Assembly: GCA_963770895.1 (NCBI GenBank)
Contig: CAVYRF010000002.1
Coordinates: 800,001 to 864,000, forward strand
Reading direction: 5' to 3'
DNA from: an uncultured Acidobacteriota bacterium
GTDB lineage: Bacteria > Acidobacteriota > Thermoanaerobaculia > Multivoradales > UBA5704
DNA length: 64,000 nucleotides
The stretch's first letter is position 1. Each line of letters opens with the position of its first letter. Of the stretch, positions 50,227 through 59,619 are shown one piece after another. The notes under the pieces are model-generated. The model saw only the letters and a list, made by a program, of their open reading frames with translations, made no database searches and was not told the origin of the DNA. Both the position numbers and the translations under genes were made by a program.

Positions 50227-51768
50227 ATGACCGTACAAAGCGAGCCGGCGACCGCCGGTATCCTCAAGTCGCTCGGCCTGGGAGCCGAAAATCCGGGAGC
50301 ATTCGACGGGCAGTGGATCGACACCACGGGCGACCGGGTGGAATCGATCAATCCAGCGACCGGCGAGCCGATCGCAGCCGTACGCATGACCAGCTTCGAC
50401 GAATACGAGCGCGTCGCCGCCGCCTCGGTCGCCGCCTTTCAGGATTGGCGCAGCTGGCCGGCGCCGCGGCGGGGCGAAATCGTGCGGCAGCTGGGCGTCG
50501 AGCTGCGGCGCCACAAGGACGACCTCGGCCGGCTGGTATCGCTGGAGGTGGGCAAGGTCCTCTCCGAGGGGCTGGGCGAAGTGCAGGAGATGATCGACAT
50601 GTGCGACCTCGCGGTGGGCATGTCGCGCCAGCTCTACGGCAAGACGATGCATTCCGAGCGGCCCGGCCATCGCATGTACGAACAGTGGCACCCGCTGGGG
50701 CCGGTCGGGGTGATCAGCGCCTTCAACTTCCCCGTCGCCGTATGGGCGTGGAACGCCATGGTGGCGGCAGTCTGCGGCGATTCCGTGCTGTGGAAGCCGT
50801 CGCACCAGGCGCCGCTCACCGCGGTCGCCGTCACCCGCATCGCCGAGCGCGTCCTGGCGGCCAACGGCGCGCCACCCATCTTCAACCTGGCGGTCGCCGG
50901 GCGAACCGGCGTGTCGCAGCGGCTGGTCGCCGACCGCCGGTTCCCGCTCATCTCCTTCACCGGCTCGGTGCGCGTCGGGCGGGAGATCGGCAAGGTCGTC
51001 GCCGACCGCATCGGCCGCGTGCTGCTGGAGCTCGGCGGCAACAACGGCCTGCTGGTGATGGACGACGCCGATCTCGACATGGCCCTGCGCGCCGTGCTGT
51101 TCGCCGCGGCGGGCACCGCGGGCCAGCGCTGCACCACCACCCGCCGCCTCTTCCTGCAGCGCGGCATCGCCGCCGACATGAAGCGGCGCCTGGTCGAAGC
51201 CTACCGCTCGATCCGCATCGGCGATCCGCTCGCCGCCGGCACGTTGATGGGCCCGCTGATCGACCAGGACGCGGTCGACCGCATGCAACGCGCGCTCGCC
51301 GTGGCGCGCGAGCAGGGCGGCCAGGTCCTGTACGGCGGCAACGTCCTTCCCGGCCCCGGCTGCTTCGTCGAGCCCGCCCTGGTGGCGGCCCGCGGCGACA
51401 TGCCCATCACCTGCGAAGAGACCTTCGCGCCGATCCTCTACATCCTGGAATTCGACGATCTGGACCAGGCGATCGAGCTGCACAACGCCGTGCCGCAGGG
51501 GCTCTCGTCGGCGATCTTCACCCTCAACATGCGCCACGCGGAACGCTTCCTGGCGGCAACCGGCAGCGACTGCGGCATCGCCAACGTCAACATCGGCACC
51601 TCGGGAGCGGAGATCGGCGGCGCCTTCGGCGGCGAAAAAGAAACCGGCGGCGGCCGCGAAGCCGGCTCGGATTCGTGGCAGGCCTACATGCGGCGCCAGA
51701 CCTCCACGCTCAACTGGAGCCCCGACCTGCCGCTCGCTCAGGGCGTGGAGTTCAACGTCAAGGCCTGA
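50227..51768 (+). CDS. Aldehyde dehydrogenase, ALDH7 / piperideine-6-carboxylate dehydrogenase-like
   Basis: PAPRRGEIVRQ, ISAFNFP, FTGS, LELGGNN, GQRC, GAEIGGAFGGEKETGGGRE; ATG 50227. Confidence 0.92.
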   Translation: MTVQSEPATAGILKSLGLGAENPGAFDGQWIDTTGDRVESINPATGEPIAAVRMTSFDEYERVAAASVAAFQDWRSWPAPRRGEIVRQLGVELRRHKDDLGRLVSLEVGKVLSEGLGEVQEMIDMCDLAVGMSRQLYGKTMHSERPGHRMYEQWHPLGPVGVISAFNFPVAVWAWNAMVAAVCGDSVLWKPSHQAPLTAVAVTRIAERVLAANGAPPIFNLAVAGRTGVSQRLVADRRFPLISFTGSVRVGREIGKVVADRIGRVLLELGGNNGLLVMDDADLDMALRAVLFAAAGTAGQRCTTTRRLFLQRGIAADMKRRLVEAYRSIRIGDPLAAGTLMGPLIDQDAVDRMQRALAVAREQGGQVLYGGNVLPGPGCFVEPALVAARGDMPITCEETFAPILYILEFDDLDQAIELHNAVPQGLSSAIFTLNMRHAERFLAATGSDCGIANVNIGTSGAEIGGAFGGEKETGGGREAGSDSWQAYMRRQTSTLNWSPDLPLAQGVEFNVKA

Positions 51769-53176
51769 CCCAACCGTTGACCAGGCCGGCGGCAAGAAAG
51801 CCGGCCACGCCCAGCCCGGCCAGCGCACACAGCGCCCAGGCGGTGCGCCGCTTGAGCTCGGCGCTGTGGGACAGGCGGGCGATGAGCGGCCAGTTCACCA
51901 GCGCGCTCACCAGCGAAGCCAGCAGCGCGCCGGTGCCCGCCACCCACGGCGAGATGGTGTGCTGCGCCGCCAGCGCCGCGGCCGAAGCCACGGCGCTGGA
52001 GCTGGACAGCAGACCGCCGACCACGCTCACCGAGTAGAAGCCCATCTCGCCCAAGGTGCGCTGGGCCAGCGTGCCGGCCACCTGCAGGCCGACAAACAGC
52101 AGGCCCAGCTGCAGCGCCGAACGGATCGAAAACGGCGACTCCAGACGCAGATCGGGAGGCGGCGGGCTGGCCTCGCCAGCGCCGTCCGCTCCACCTGCCC
52201 CGCCGTCGCCAGCACCGTCCGCGACACCCGCGCCGCCGGGCTCGGCGCCGGCAGCTCCGCGATCGACGGCGACGAGGGTCCCCGCAAGCGAAACCGCGAC
52301 AGGCGCCCGCGAGTTGGCCACGGCACCGACGCGGTACAGCGCCAGCACCGCCCCCGCCACCAGCATCAGGGTGAACGGCAGCCATGCCACGAGCAGCGCC
52401 GCGGGGGCCAGCAGGGCCAGCAGGATGGCGTTGCGCAACAGCATCGCCACCGTCGCCAGCATGACGCCGCGATAGGCTACGTCCGCCAGCGCGCCGCCGG
52501 TTTCGCGCACCCGCACCGCCATCTCGCTCACCGTGACGGTGCTGTTGACCAGCCCGCCCAGGAAGCCGGTCAGCTCCACGCCACGGGCGCCGTACAGCTT
52601 GAGCAGTACATAGTTCGCGAAGCCGATGCCGGCGATCAGGATGACGATGATCAGGGCACCGCGCAGGTCCAGCAGGTCCCAGCGGTCCACCTTGCCCAGC
52701 GGCAGCGCCGGGTAGATCACGAACGCCAGGATCGCCAGCGTGATGGCCGAGCGCAGCTCGGTTTCCGACAGCGCCTGGCTGAAACCGGCCAGCGGACGTT
52801 TCCAGGTCAGCAGCGCCGCCGTGCCGACGGCAAGCGCCGAAGGAGTCAGCCGGTGTCCCTGGCCGCACAGCACGCCGGCAAAGGCCATCAGGAAGAGGGC
52901 CGCCGAGGTGGTCAGCTCGGCGACCTGCCGGGAGCGCAGCGACTGGAGGTTGAGAAAGACCGCCAGAACCCCCACCAGCGCCAGCGCCGCCAACGTGTAG
53001 CTTTCGCCCTGCAGACCGCCCAGGGCGCCCAGCAGGGTGACAAAGGCAAAGGTGCGCAACCCCGCCTCTTTGCTGCGCCGCTCCCGCTCCAGGCCGACGA
53101 CCAGGCCCAGCGCCAGGGCCAGCACCAAGCGCTCCAGGGTGGGAGGGAACGGGTAGTGAATCGTTCCGGGAAGCAT
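51758..53176 (-). CDS. MgtC/SapB family protein with DUF4010
   Basis: LVVGLERE, AGLRTF, ELTTSAA, GGLVNST; multi-TM. Confidence 0.85.
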   Translation of the reverse strand: MLPGTIHYPFPPTLERLVLALALGLVVGLERERRSKEAGLRTFAFVTLLGALGGLQGESYTLAALALVGVLAVFLNLQSLRSRQVAELTTSAALFLMAFAGVLCGQGHRLTPSALAVGTAALLTWKRPLAGFSQALSETELRSAITLAILAFVIYPALPLGKVDRWDLLDLRGALIIVILIAGIGFANYVLLKLYGARGVELTGFLGGLVNSTVTVSEMAVRVRETGGALADVAYRGVMLATVAMLLRNAILLALLAPAALLVAWLPFTLMLVAGAVLALYRVGAVANSRAPVAVSLAGTLVAVDRGAAGAEPGGAGVADGAGDGGAGGADGAGEASPPPPDLRLESPFSIRSALQLGLLFVGLQVAGTLAQRTLGEMGFYSVSVVGGLLSSSSAVASAAALAAQHTISPWVAGTGALLASLVSALVNWPLIARLSHSAELKRRTAWALCALAGLGVAGFLAAGLVNGWVRP

Positions 53177-53179
53177 CGT

Positions 53180-54070
53180 TCACCCCACCACGGCCAGGGC
53201 GCCGGGCGCCACCTCGACCACGAACGGCTGGCCGGCGTCCCGTGTCGCCACCGGTTCGCCGCCGCCAAAGAGAGTCATCGCGCGATCCAGGGTGATCTCG
53301 GCGCGCCGGACGCGCACGATCTCCACCGCCGGGTGACGCACGTGGGTGCCGCGATAGACGCGCGGGAACACCGCCAGCAGCGCCAGCCGCGACAGCTCCC
53401 GCACCACCACCAGGTCCAGCCAACCGTCGTCCGGCAGCGCCGCGGGCGCGATGCGCATGCCGCCGCCGAACCGCGGCAGGTTGGCCGCGACGGCGAACAT
53501 CGCGCGCCCCTCGAAACAGCCGCCGTCGTGCACGATCCTCATCGCCGGCGGCCGAAAGGTCGCCAGCGTGTGCAGCACCGCGTACACATACACCAGGGGC
53601 CCCCGCAGCCGCCGCACCTGATTGGCAAAGGCCGTCACCTCCGAGTCGAAGCCCACGCCGGCATAGCCGATCGCCACCGTCTCCCCGATCTTCACCAGGT
53701 CGAAGCGACGCACCGGCCCATGCAGCGCTCGCCCGACCGCCGCATCCAGTCCGCGCGGAACTCCCAGCGTGCCCGCCAGATCGTTGCCGGTGCCCAGCGG
53801 CACCACGCCCAGGGCGGTGGCGCTGCCGGCCAGCCCCTGCGCCGCCTGGTGCATCGTGCCGTCGCCGCCGGCCACCACCATCCGCTCCACACCGTCCGCG
53901 GCAGCCCGCCGCGCCTGCACGGCGATATCGGCGCCGCTCTTGCTGACCACCAACCCGGCGCCCGCCCCGGCAGCCAGCACCCGCAACCGGTCGAGCTGCC
54001 GCACCGCCTCCCCTCGCCCCGCCGCCGGGTTGAGCAAGAAGCGCACCGCCGTAGGAGCCTCGGCGCTCAA
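53180..54070 (-). CDS. Diacylglycerol/lipid kinase family (YegS/BmrU-like); start uncertain
   Basis: NPAAG, AGGDGT, PLGTGNDLA, GVGFDS, FGGG, DDGWLD. Confidence 0.88.
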   Translation of the reverse strand: MSAEAPTAVRFLLNPAAGRGEAVRQLDRLRVLAAGAGAGLVVSKSGADIAVQARRAAADGVERMVVAGGDGTMHQAAQGLAGSATALGVVPLGTGNDLAGTLGVPRGLDAAVGRALHGPVRRFDLVKIGETVAIGYAGVGFDSEVTAFANQVRRLRGPLVYVYAVLHTLATFRPPAMRIVHDGGCFEGRAMFAVAANLPRFGGGMRIAPAALPDDGWLDLVVVRELSRLALLAVFPRVYRGTHVRHPAVEIVRVRRAEITLDRAMTLFGGGEPVATRDAGQPFVVEVAPGALAVVG

Positions 54071-54241
54071 GCAAGTTCCTCCTTCGCCAGCCAAAAAGGT
54101 CCCTGTCGGCAAAACGTACCATAGCAGCCACACTCCCCGCCGGCTCACCCCGCGCGGACCGCACGTCCACGCCCCATGCCAGGTTGGGCCGCGCTAGCCG
54201 CACCGCGCCGCGACGGCGTCCGGCTGCCGGGTAGTGGTGCC

Positions 54242-54379
54242 CTAGTGGCCTGTCCTGGAGAATTCGAAAGCGGATGGCGCAGAATGCGGCGGCAGGGGCC
54301 AGGCGCGTCCGCAGGCATAGTCGGAACTATGTCGAGGACGCGCAACGCCGCACCTGATTCGAACAGGACAGGCCACTAG
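54242..54379. mobile_element. 138-bp MITE-like element with perfect 16-bp terminal inverted repeats
   Basis: CTAGTGGCCTGTCCTG (54242-54257) / CAGGACAGGCCACTAG (54364-54379); internal GCGCGTCC / GGACGCGC stem. Confidence 0.7.
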
Positions 54380-54620
54380 CTAGTGTGTTGCTGCCTCCCG
54401 AAGGAGTTCACCGATGCTCCAAGGGCGCCGGGTCAGGCCAGCCGCCATCGCCGGGGTCATGTGGATGCTCTTGTGCATTCGGCAGAAGTTGTAGTACGCG
54501 AAGAAGAGCGCCAGGGCGGCCCGCAGGTTCGCCGGCTTCCTACTGAAGCTGTTCGACAGCCGGGTCATCCGCCGCAGGTGGCCGCGAAGTGCCCAGTTCG
54601 CCTGTTCAACGTGCGAGGCG
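54380..54620 (-). pseudogene. IS1-family-like transposase C-terminal remnant
   Basis: ASHVEQANWALRGHLRRMTRLSNSFSRK...YYNFCRMHKSI.MTPAMAAGL..PWSIGELL. Confidence 0.72.
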
Positions 54621-54694
54621 GCGTTAAGGCCCCACTACCGCCGTCAAGCGGTAGGGCAAGCCTTCTCGGGTTGACGCTTTCGCATGCCATTCCT

Positions 54695-54952
54695 CTAGGT
54701 ACAGATGCGCGGAGGATTGCCCCAAACGAGGAGGCCAGGGTTGTATCCCGCCGGGCATTGGACGGCCTGGCCGCTGCAACAGGCGCCTTCGGTGACGAAA
54801 TCCTCAGTAACCGTGGTCAGCTTCGGAGGATCGCCAGGCTTCGTGCAGATGAGCTTGCAGGTGCCAGTGGTGCTATCGGCCTGGGCGGGTGCCGTATGAA
54901 TGGCCACGGCGACGAAAGCGAGCACACCTAGCGCACGAACGATGTTTTTCAT
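54695..54952 (-). CDS. Small secreted six-Cys peptide
   Basis: 85 aa; signal peptide ending AQA; mature part has C..C..CC..C..C; AGGGGG RBS. Confidence 0.65.
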   Translation of the reverse strand: MKNIVRALGVLAFVAVAIHTAPAQADSTTGTCKLICTKPGDPPKLTTVTEDFVTEGACCSGQAVQCPAGYNPGLLVWGNPPRICT

Positions 54953-55047
54953 AAATCCCCCTATTCAGCGCGCAAGGATATCCTAAGTTTTCGTCGAGGG
55001 GTAGCCGGCTCCCCCGCGGCCGATCGACCCGGGCTATGATCCGCGCC

Positions 55048-55371
55048 ATGCCGAATCCCAGCATTCAGATCCTGGTCTGCCTCAACGAGCGGCCGCCCGA
55101 CGCCCCCAAGCCCAGCTGTGCCCACCGTGGCTCGCTCGCCGTCTACAACCGCTTCCGCGACCGCGTGCGCGACCTCGGCCTGCGCGACTCGGTGATGGTC
55201 ACCCGCACCGGCTGCCTCAAGCACTGCAGCCAGGGAATTACCGTCGCCGTCTGGCCGCTCAACCACTGGTACCGCTCCGTCACCCTCGACGACATCGACG
55301 ACATCCTGAACGCCGCCACGCAAGGCCAGGAGCTGACACGTCTGCAAATGCCCGACATCCCCTGGGAGTAG
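55048..55371 (+). CDS. Thioredoxin-like [2Fe-2S] ferredoxin
   Basis: VCLNER..PSC, TGCLKHCSQG, WY; TATGAT 7 nt before ATG 55048. Confidence 0.85.
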   Translation: MPNPSIQILVCLNERPPDAPKPSCAHRGSLAVYNRFRDRVRDLGLRDSVMVTRTGCLKHCSQGITVAVWPLNHWYRSVTLDDIDDILNAATQGQELTRLQMPDIPWE

Positions 55372-55633
55372 CCCCCCCGCCCCAGCAAGTGCGCTCCAAT
55401 CCAAGCGGCCCCCGGCGCAAAACGGGCCGGTGGCCGGCAGTCTCGATGCCGCCTGCCTGACCCGCGGCGGCCAGTTCCCAAAGCTTGAAACTGCCGCGGC
55501 GCCGGGCAGTGCCGCGGCGATGCCGAGCGCCGCTGATCCCGGCGGCGCGGGGCGCAGACGCCGGCCGCGGAGGCCGGTGTCCTGGGGCGCCCCCGAGGGC
55601 AAGCCAGGCGGTCCAATCGATCCGTTACGGCGA

Positions 55634-56851
55634 CTAAGAAGCGAGGACGGGCAACAGAACGCCGGCGCCGGCTGCGTCGGGCGGCGGGGCGGACGCCAGG
55701 TCGCGGTTTTGCGGCGTGAGGGCGTGGCGGTACTGGTGGGCCAGGGCGGCGGTCTGCTCGCGGGTGACGAAGCGCTCGTAGAGGTTGGTGCGCTGGCGTG
55801 GCCGGTAGCCGGCGGCGGTGATCAGGTGCTCCATCTCATCCTGGCTCATGCGGTAGGACGTGCCCGCCGAGGCGACGACGTTCTCTTCGATCATGGTGGA
55901 ACCCATGTCGTCGGCGCCGAACGACAGCGCCACCTGGCCGATCTTTTTGCCCTGGGTGACCCAGCTGGTCTGGAAGTGGTCCACGTTGTCGATGAAGAGG
56001 CGCGACACGGCCAGCGTCCGCAGGTATTCGTCGGCGTAGGTTTCAGGAATGTCGGGCATCTCGGTGTGGTCGTGCTGGAACGTCCATGAGATGAATGCCG
56101 TGAAGCCTCCCGTCTCATCCTGCAGGTCGCGCACCCGCTGGAAATGCTCCACCCGCGCCGCCAGGTCCTCCCCCATGCCGTACATCATCGTCGCCGACGT
56201 GCGCAGCCCATTGCGGTGCGCCTGCCGCATGATGTCGATCCACTCTTCGGCCGAGCACTTGGGATACGCCAGCACCCGCTTGCGCGTCGCATCCGAAAGG
56301 ATCTCCGCGCCGCCTCCCGGAATCGACATCAAACCGGCGGCCTTCAGCCGCGCGATCACGTCAAAGAAGCTCATCCGCTCCTTGCGCGCGATGAATTTGA
56401 TCTCGGGCGGCGAAAACGCATGCAGGTGGATCGCCGGATACTGTTGCCGCAAGTAGCGCAGCAGATCCTCATAGAAACCGATCGGCAGGTCGGGATGGAC
56501 CCCGCCCTGCATCAGGATCCCGGTGCCGTTGAGCGCCAGCGTTTCCTCTACCTTCCGCCCGATCTCCTCGAAAGGCAGCAGGTACCCTTCAGCGTCCCCC
56601 GGCTCCCGGTAGAACGCACAGAACTTGCACTTGTACACACAGACGTTGGTGTAATTGATGTTGCGATCGACGTTGTAGGTCGCCGCAGCCGGATCGTTGA
56701 ACCGATCCCGCACCGCATGCGCCGCCGCCCCCAGCTCCAGCAGATCCCCGTCCAGCAGCAGCCGATGCGCATCCCCAGCCGAGATCCGCCGCCCCCCCAC
56801 CGCATCCGCAAGAATCGCCGCCACCGCCCGCGCCGAAGGCTCTAATTCCAT
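55634..56851 (-). CDS. mqnC: Cyclic dehypoxanthinyl futalosine synthase (radical SAM)
   Basis: DRNINYTNVCVYKCKFCAF, QGGVHP, PGGGAEIL, AFISWTFQ, SWVTQG, GSTMIEENVV. Confidence 0.92.
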   Translation of the reverse strand: MELEPSARAVAAILADAVGGRRISAGDAHRLLLDGDLLELGAAAHAVRDRFNDPAAATYNVDRNINYTNVCVYKCKFCAFYREPGDAEGYLLPFEEIGRKVEETLALNGTGILMQGGVHPDLPIGFYEDLLRYLRQQYPAIHLHAFSPPEIKFIARKERMSFFDVIARLKAAGLMSIPGGGAEILSDATRKRVLAYPKCSAEEWIDIMRQAHRNGLRTSATMMYGMGEDLAARVEHFQRVRDLQDETGGFTAFISWTFQHDHTEMPDIPETYADEYLRTLAVSRLFIDNVDHFQTSWVTQGKKIGQVALSFGADDMGSTMIEENVVASAGTSYRMSQDEMEHLITAAGYRPRQRTNLYERFVTREQTAALAHQYRHALTPQNRDLASAPPPDAAGAGVLLPVLAS

Positions 56852-56908
56852 GCGCCTATCTTAGCCCAAGCCACCGCCGGACCGCCATCCGGCTGCCGAT
56901 GAGCGCGT

Positions 56909-57328
56909 TCACAGGGCGTGCACGCTGACTTCGGGATGCGGTTCCGCTAGTCGCGCAAGATTCTGCTGGTCGCCGGTCAGGATCTGTCCGCCACCTGCCA
57001 CGACCGCGTGGGCCACGACCAGGGCATCCACCGTCGCGGCGATCCCGGCCGCACCCAGCAGCTGGCCGGCGACGCGGCCATGGACTTCGCGCAGCTCCGT
57101 GATGGTGCCGACCGACTTGAGGACACGGTTGACGGCGGCGTCACGTGGGCCGCCGCGCACCGTCTCGGCGACCACGACGACCGGGATTTCGACCGCGGCT
57201 CGCAGCTCCAGTGCCCGCGCCAGGAAAGCCCGCGCTCGCGCATCACCGCGAGCCAGCGCGATCACCGCTCCAGAGTCGAGAATCAGCCGCTACGCCGCCG
57301 GTGGACGCGTGGGGCGGGAGCCGGCCAT
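56909..57328 (-). pseudogene. PIN-domain (VapC-like) toxin with in-frame TAG near the N-terminus
   Basis: ATG 57328 gives MAGSRPTRPPAA*RLILDSGAV...VAET...VDA...TGD; TAG at 57292-57290. It could still be intact if initiation is at CTG 57286. Confidence 0.6.
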
Positions 57329-57534
57329 TCCTGTTGCACCTCCGCCAGCACCTGGGGATCCACCGGGCCGTGCTCGCGATCCAGGTCCGCCAGCAAGCAG
57401 GAGAGCCGATCGTGTTGCAGCTGCAACGACAGCGCCCGATTGACGTAGCGCGACAGCGCGCGGCTGCCCGTCATCTTGCGCGCTTCGGCCAGGAGCTCCG
57501 CCTCCAGCGTCAGGGATACCTTCTCGGCAGCCAT
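57283..57534 (-). CDS. Antitoxin (RHH/CcdA-like)
   Basis: MAAEKVSLTL..ELL.EAR...LSRYVNRAL...EHGPV; upstream of and overlapping the PIN gene. Confidence 0.78.
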   Translation of the reverse strand: MAAEKVSLTLEAELLAEARKMTGSRALSRYVNRALSLQLQHDRLSCLLADLDREHGPVDPQVLAEVQQEWPAPAPRVHRRRSG

Positions 57535-57539
57535 ACCAC

Positions 57540-57562
57540 CTATCCTACATTGAGTAGGATAG
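57540..57562. promoter_or_regulatory. Palindromic TA operator overlapping the -10 box
   Basis: CTATCCTAC-ATTGA-GTAGGATAG; includes TAGGAT 7 nt before the antitoxin ATG. Confidence 0.7.
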
Positions 57563-57660
57563 TCGTGCACCCGCAATTTCGTTCCCCCCGTGCGCAACGT
57601 CCCGCCCGGCATGCCGCCATCTTGGAAACGCGTCCGCCCAGAGCCTGCCACTCGGCGCGG

Positions 57661-57682
57661 TGATACGATCACTCGCGTATCA
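57661..57682. promoter_or_regulatory. Operator-like palindrome
   Basis: TGATACG-N8-CGTATCA in an AT-rich region upstream of the nitrilase-like gene. Confidence 0.5.
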
Positions 57683-57755
57683 ACGAATGATCGTTAATGT
57701 TTGCTGTTTTGAACATGTCGAGATTTCTATTCGACTTTCGCCCGCGAGGAGTGAG

Positions 57756-59372
57756 ATGCCCTTCAGGCAAGCCGCGATCGACCTATGCCGCGGCCGCGCC
57801 GTCGCGGCGATGGCTGCACGCGTCGATACGGCGCAGGCGGCCCAATTTGAGGGTGACACCCTGCTGGACTTGGCGGCCCATCTCTTCGCCGTCGCCTCAC
57901 GCCTATTGCTCGACGATCCATCGATAGGCCGCGGAAAGCCCGAATCGCCGGCTGTCAAGACGCTCGCGCCGTCGCCGAACTTCGGCGTGCTGTTGCAACA
58001 GCTGGCTACGCTGCCGCTGACTACCTCCGCGCCGGCCCTGTATGAACACATCGTTGCTGCGCTGGTGGCGATCGAACACGACCTTTGCCGCGATCTCACC
58101 ACCGCCGCGGCGCTGCGCACGTTCACAGACGTCGAAACCATCGAGGCCGACGGGCGGACCCACCTGGGCGGTCGGGTCATGCACTGGATTGGCCCGAGAT
58201 CGGAGCTCGCCGAGTTGCGCGAACGGCGCATGCACCGACCAGGATGGAAACCGCAGGCGCCTGCGCCGCACCCAGCGTCAGGCCTGCGCCAGCTCGGCCT
58301 CTACTGGCGGGCGGGTGACGACCAGCCCCAGGTCGAAAGCCTGCCTCTCCCACCGGCAACCGGCCTACTGGTTTGGGAGAGCGGCAAGGCTGCCGTAAAG
58401 GGTAGCTTCAAGCTGGCGCTCTGCCCGCTCGAAGGCGCCTTTCACCCGCGGTTTGAAATCGACAACCAGGGCTTCCGCGCCTGCCGGCCCGACGGCATCG
58501 TGCAGCCCACCCGCTTGCACGACCATTTGACCAAGGTCGTCGAAGCGGCGCGGGAGGCCAAAGTACACCTCCTCGTGCTGCCGGAGCTGATGGTGGACAC
58601 CGAGGCACGGAACGTCCTCTCCTCTCTACTGCGGCACGTTCCGCTCGACCGGACCGAAGTCCTGCCCTATGGCGTCGTGGCCGGCAGCTTCCACGTCTGG
58701 GACGGCGGAGCGCCAGAGGCAGAGGACCGAGCGGCGCCAAACGCCGCGTGCCGGCCGCGCAATCAGGCCGTCATCCTAGATCAGGGCGGCAATCGGATCG
58801 CCGTCCACGACAAACGTGGCCACTTCCGTTTTCCCGCCAAACTGGTCCAATTGGCCCCACAATTCTTCGAAAAAGTCGCCGTGCCGCTGGCGCCAACCGC
58901 CGAGATCCGCGAAGACATCGCTCCCGGCAATCGCCTGCAGGTCTTACATACATCGTTGGGCAAGCTGGTGCTGCTGATCTGCGCCGATGCCAGCTTCAAG
59001 GATCACCAGGGCTTTGTCCCCACGATCCAAAGCCTGCGCCCCGATCTGGTGGTGGTGGTCTCCATGTCGAGTGACACTCGTCCATTTGAGCCCTTCCTCG
59101 AAGACATGCGCGGCTTCGGGATTGGCACCGTGTTCCTCAATGCCCATTGCATCTGCAGCGCACCAGGGACCGACCTGGCCCTGTGCGACTTCGCGATGTA
59201 CGAGCCACAAGGATTTCCTGTCACCCGTCTGCGCTGGACCATCGACGAGCCGCCGCTGTGGTGCCGCATCTACCACTCGCAAGACGGCAACGAGAACTGG
59301 CGCCCGCTTGCCGATCCGAGGCGGCGGGACTTTCATGGCTGGAGCTGGAAGACGAAAGGCTCGGCTTGGTAG
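57756..59372 (+). CDS. Carbon-nitrogen hydrolase (nitrilase-fold) domain protein with uncharacterised N-terminal region
   Basis: LLVLPEL (E), HDK (K), LICAD (C) triad-like motifs; ATG 57756 after GAGGAG. Confidence 0.7.
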   Translation: MPFRQAAIDLCRGRAVAAMAARVDTAQAAQFEGDTLLDLAAHLFAVASRLLLDDPSIGRGKPESPAVKTLAPSPNFGVLLQQLATLPLTTSAPALYEHIVAALVAIEHDLCRDLTTAAALRTFTDVETIEADGRTHLGGRVMHWIGPRSELAELRERRMHRPGWKPQAPAPHPASGLRQLGLYWRAGDDQPQVESLPLPPATGLLVWESGKAAVKGSFKLALCPLEGAFHPRFEIDNQGFRACRPDGIVQPTRLHDHLTKVVEAAREAKVHLLVLPELMVDTEARNVLSSLLRHVPLDRTEVLPYGVVAGSFHVWDGGAPEAEDRAAPNAACRPRNQAVILDQGGNRIAVHDKRGHFRFPAKLVQLAPQFFEKVAVPLAPTAEIREDIAPGNRLQVLHTSLGKLVLLICADASFKDHQGFVPTIQSLRPDLVVVVSMSSDTRPFEPFLEDMRGFGIGTVFLNAHCICSAPGTDLALCDFAMYEPQGFPVTRLRWTIDEPPLWCRIYHSQDGNENWRPLADPRRRDFHGWSWKTKGSAW

Positions 59373-59619
59373 TCGACCTAGGCATCCACTGGAGGCCCCC
59401 AACCCACATTACACCAAGCAAACAGAAAATTCAGACTCCAAAATCTTGACAGGCGCCATCCAACAGATAGAAAATGAGTAGAATGACGCAGCCGAAGGAT
59501 CAATGCATCCTCAATCGGCCGTGCTCCCGGCACCTGAACCTGTCGCAGAAGGATCTGACAGGAACCCCACCATGATGCCAGCGCTACCTCGCTAAGGCCA
59601 CAGGACCGAAGGGAATACC

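Noticed and set aside
57756-59372. DRT1 (RT-nitrilase) defence system
   Set aside because: No reverse-transcriptase motifs (YxDD) in this or neighbouring ORFs within the window.
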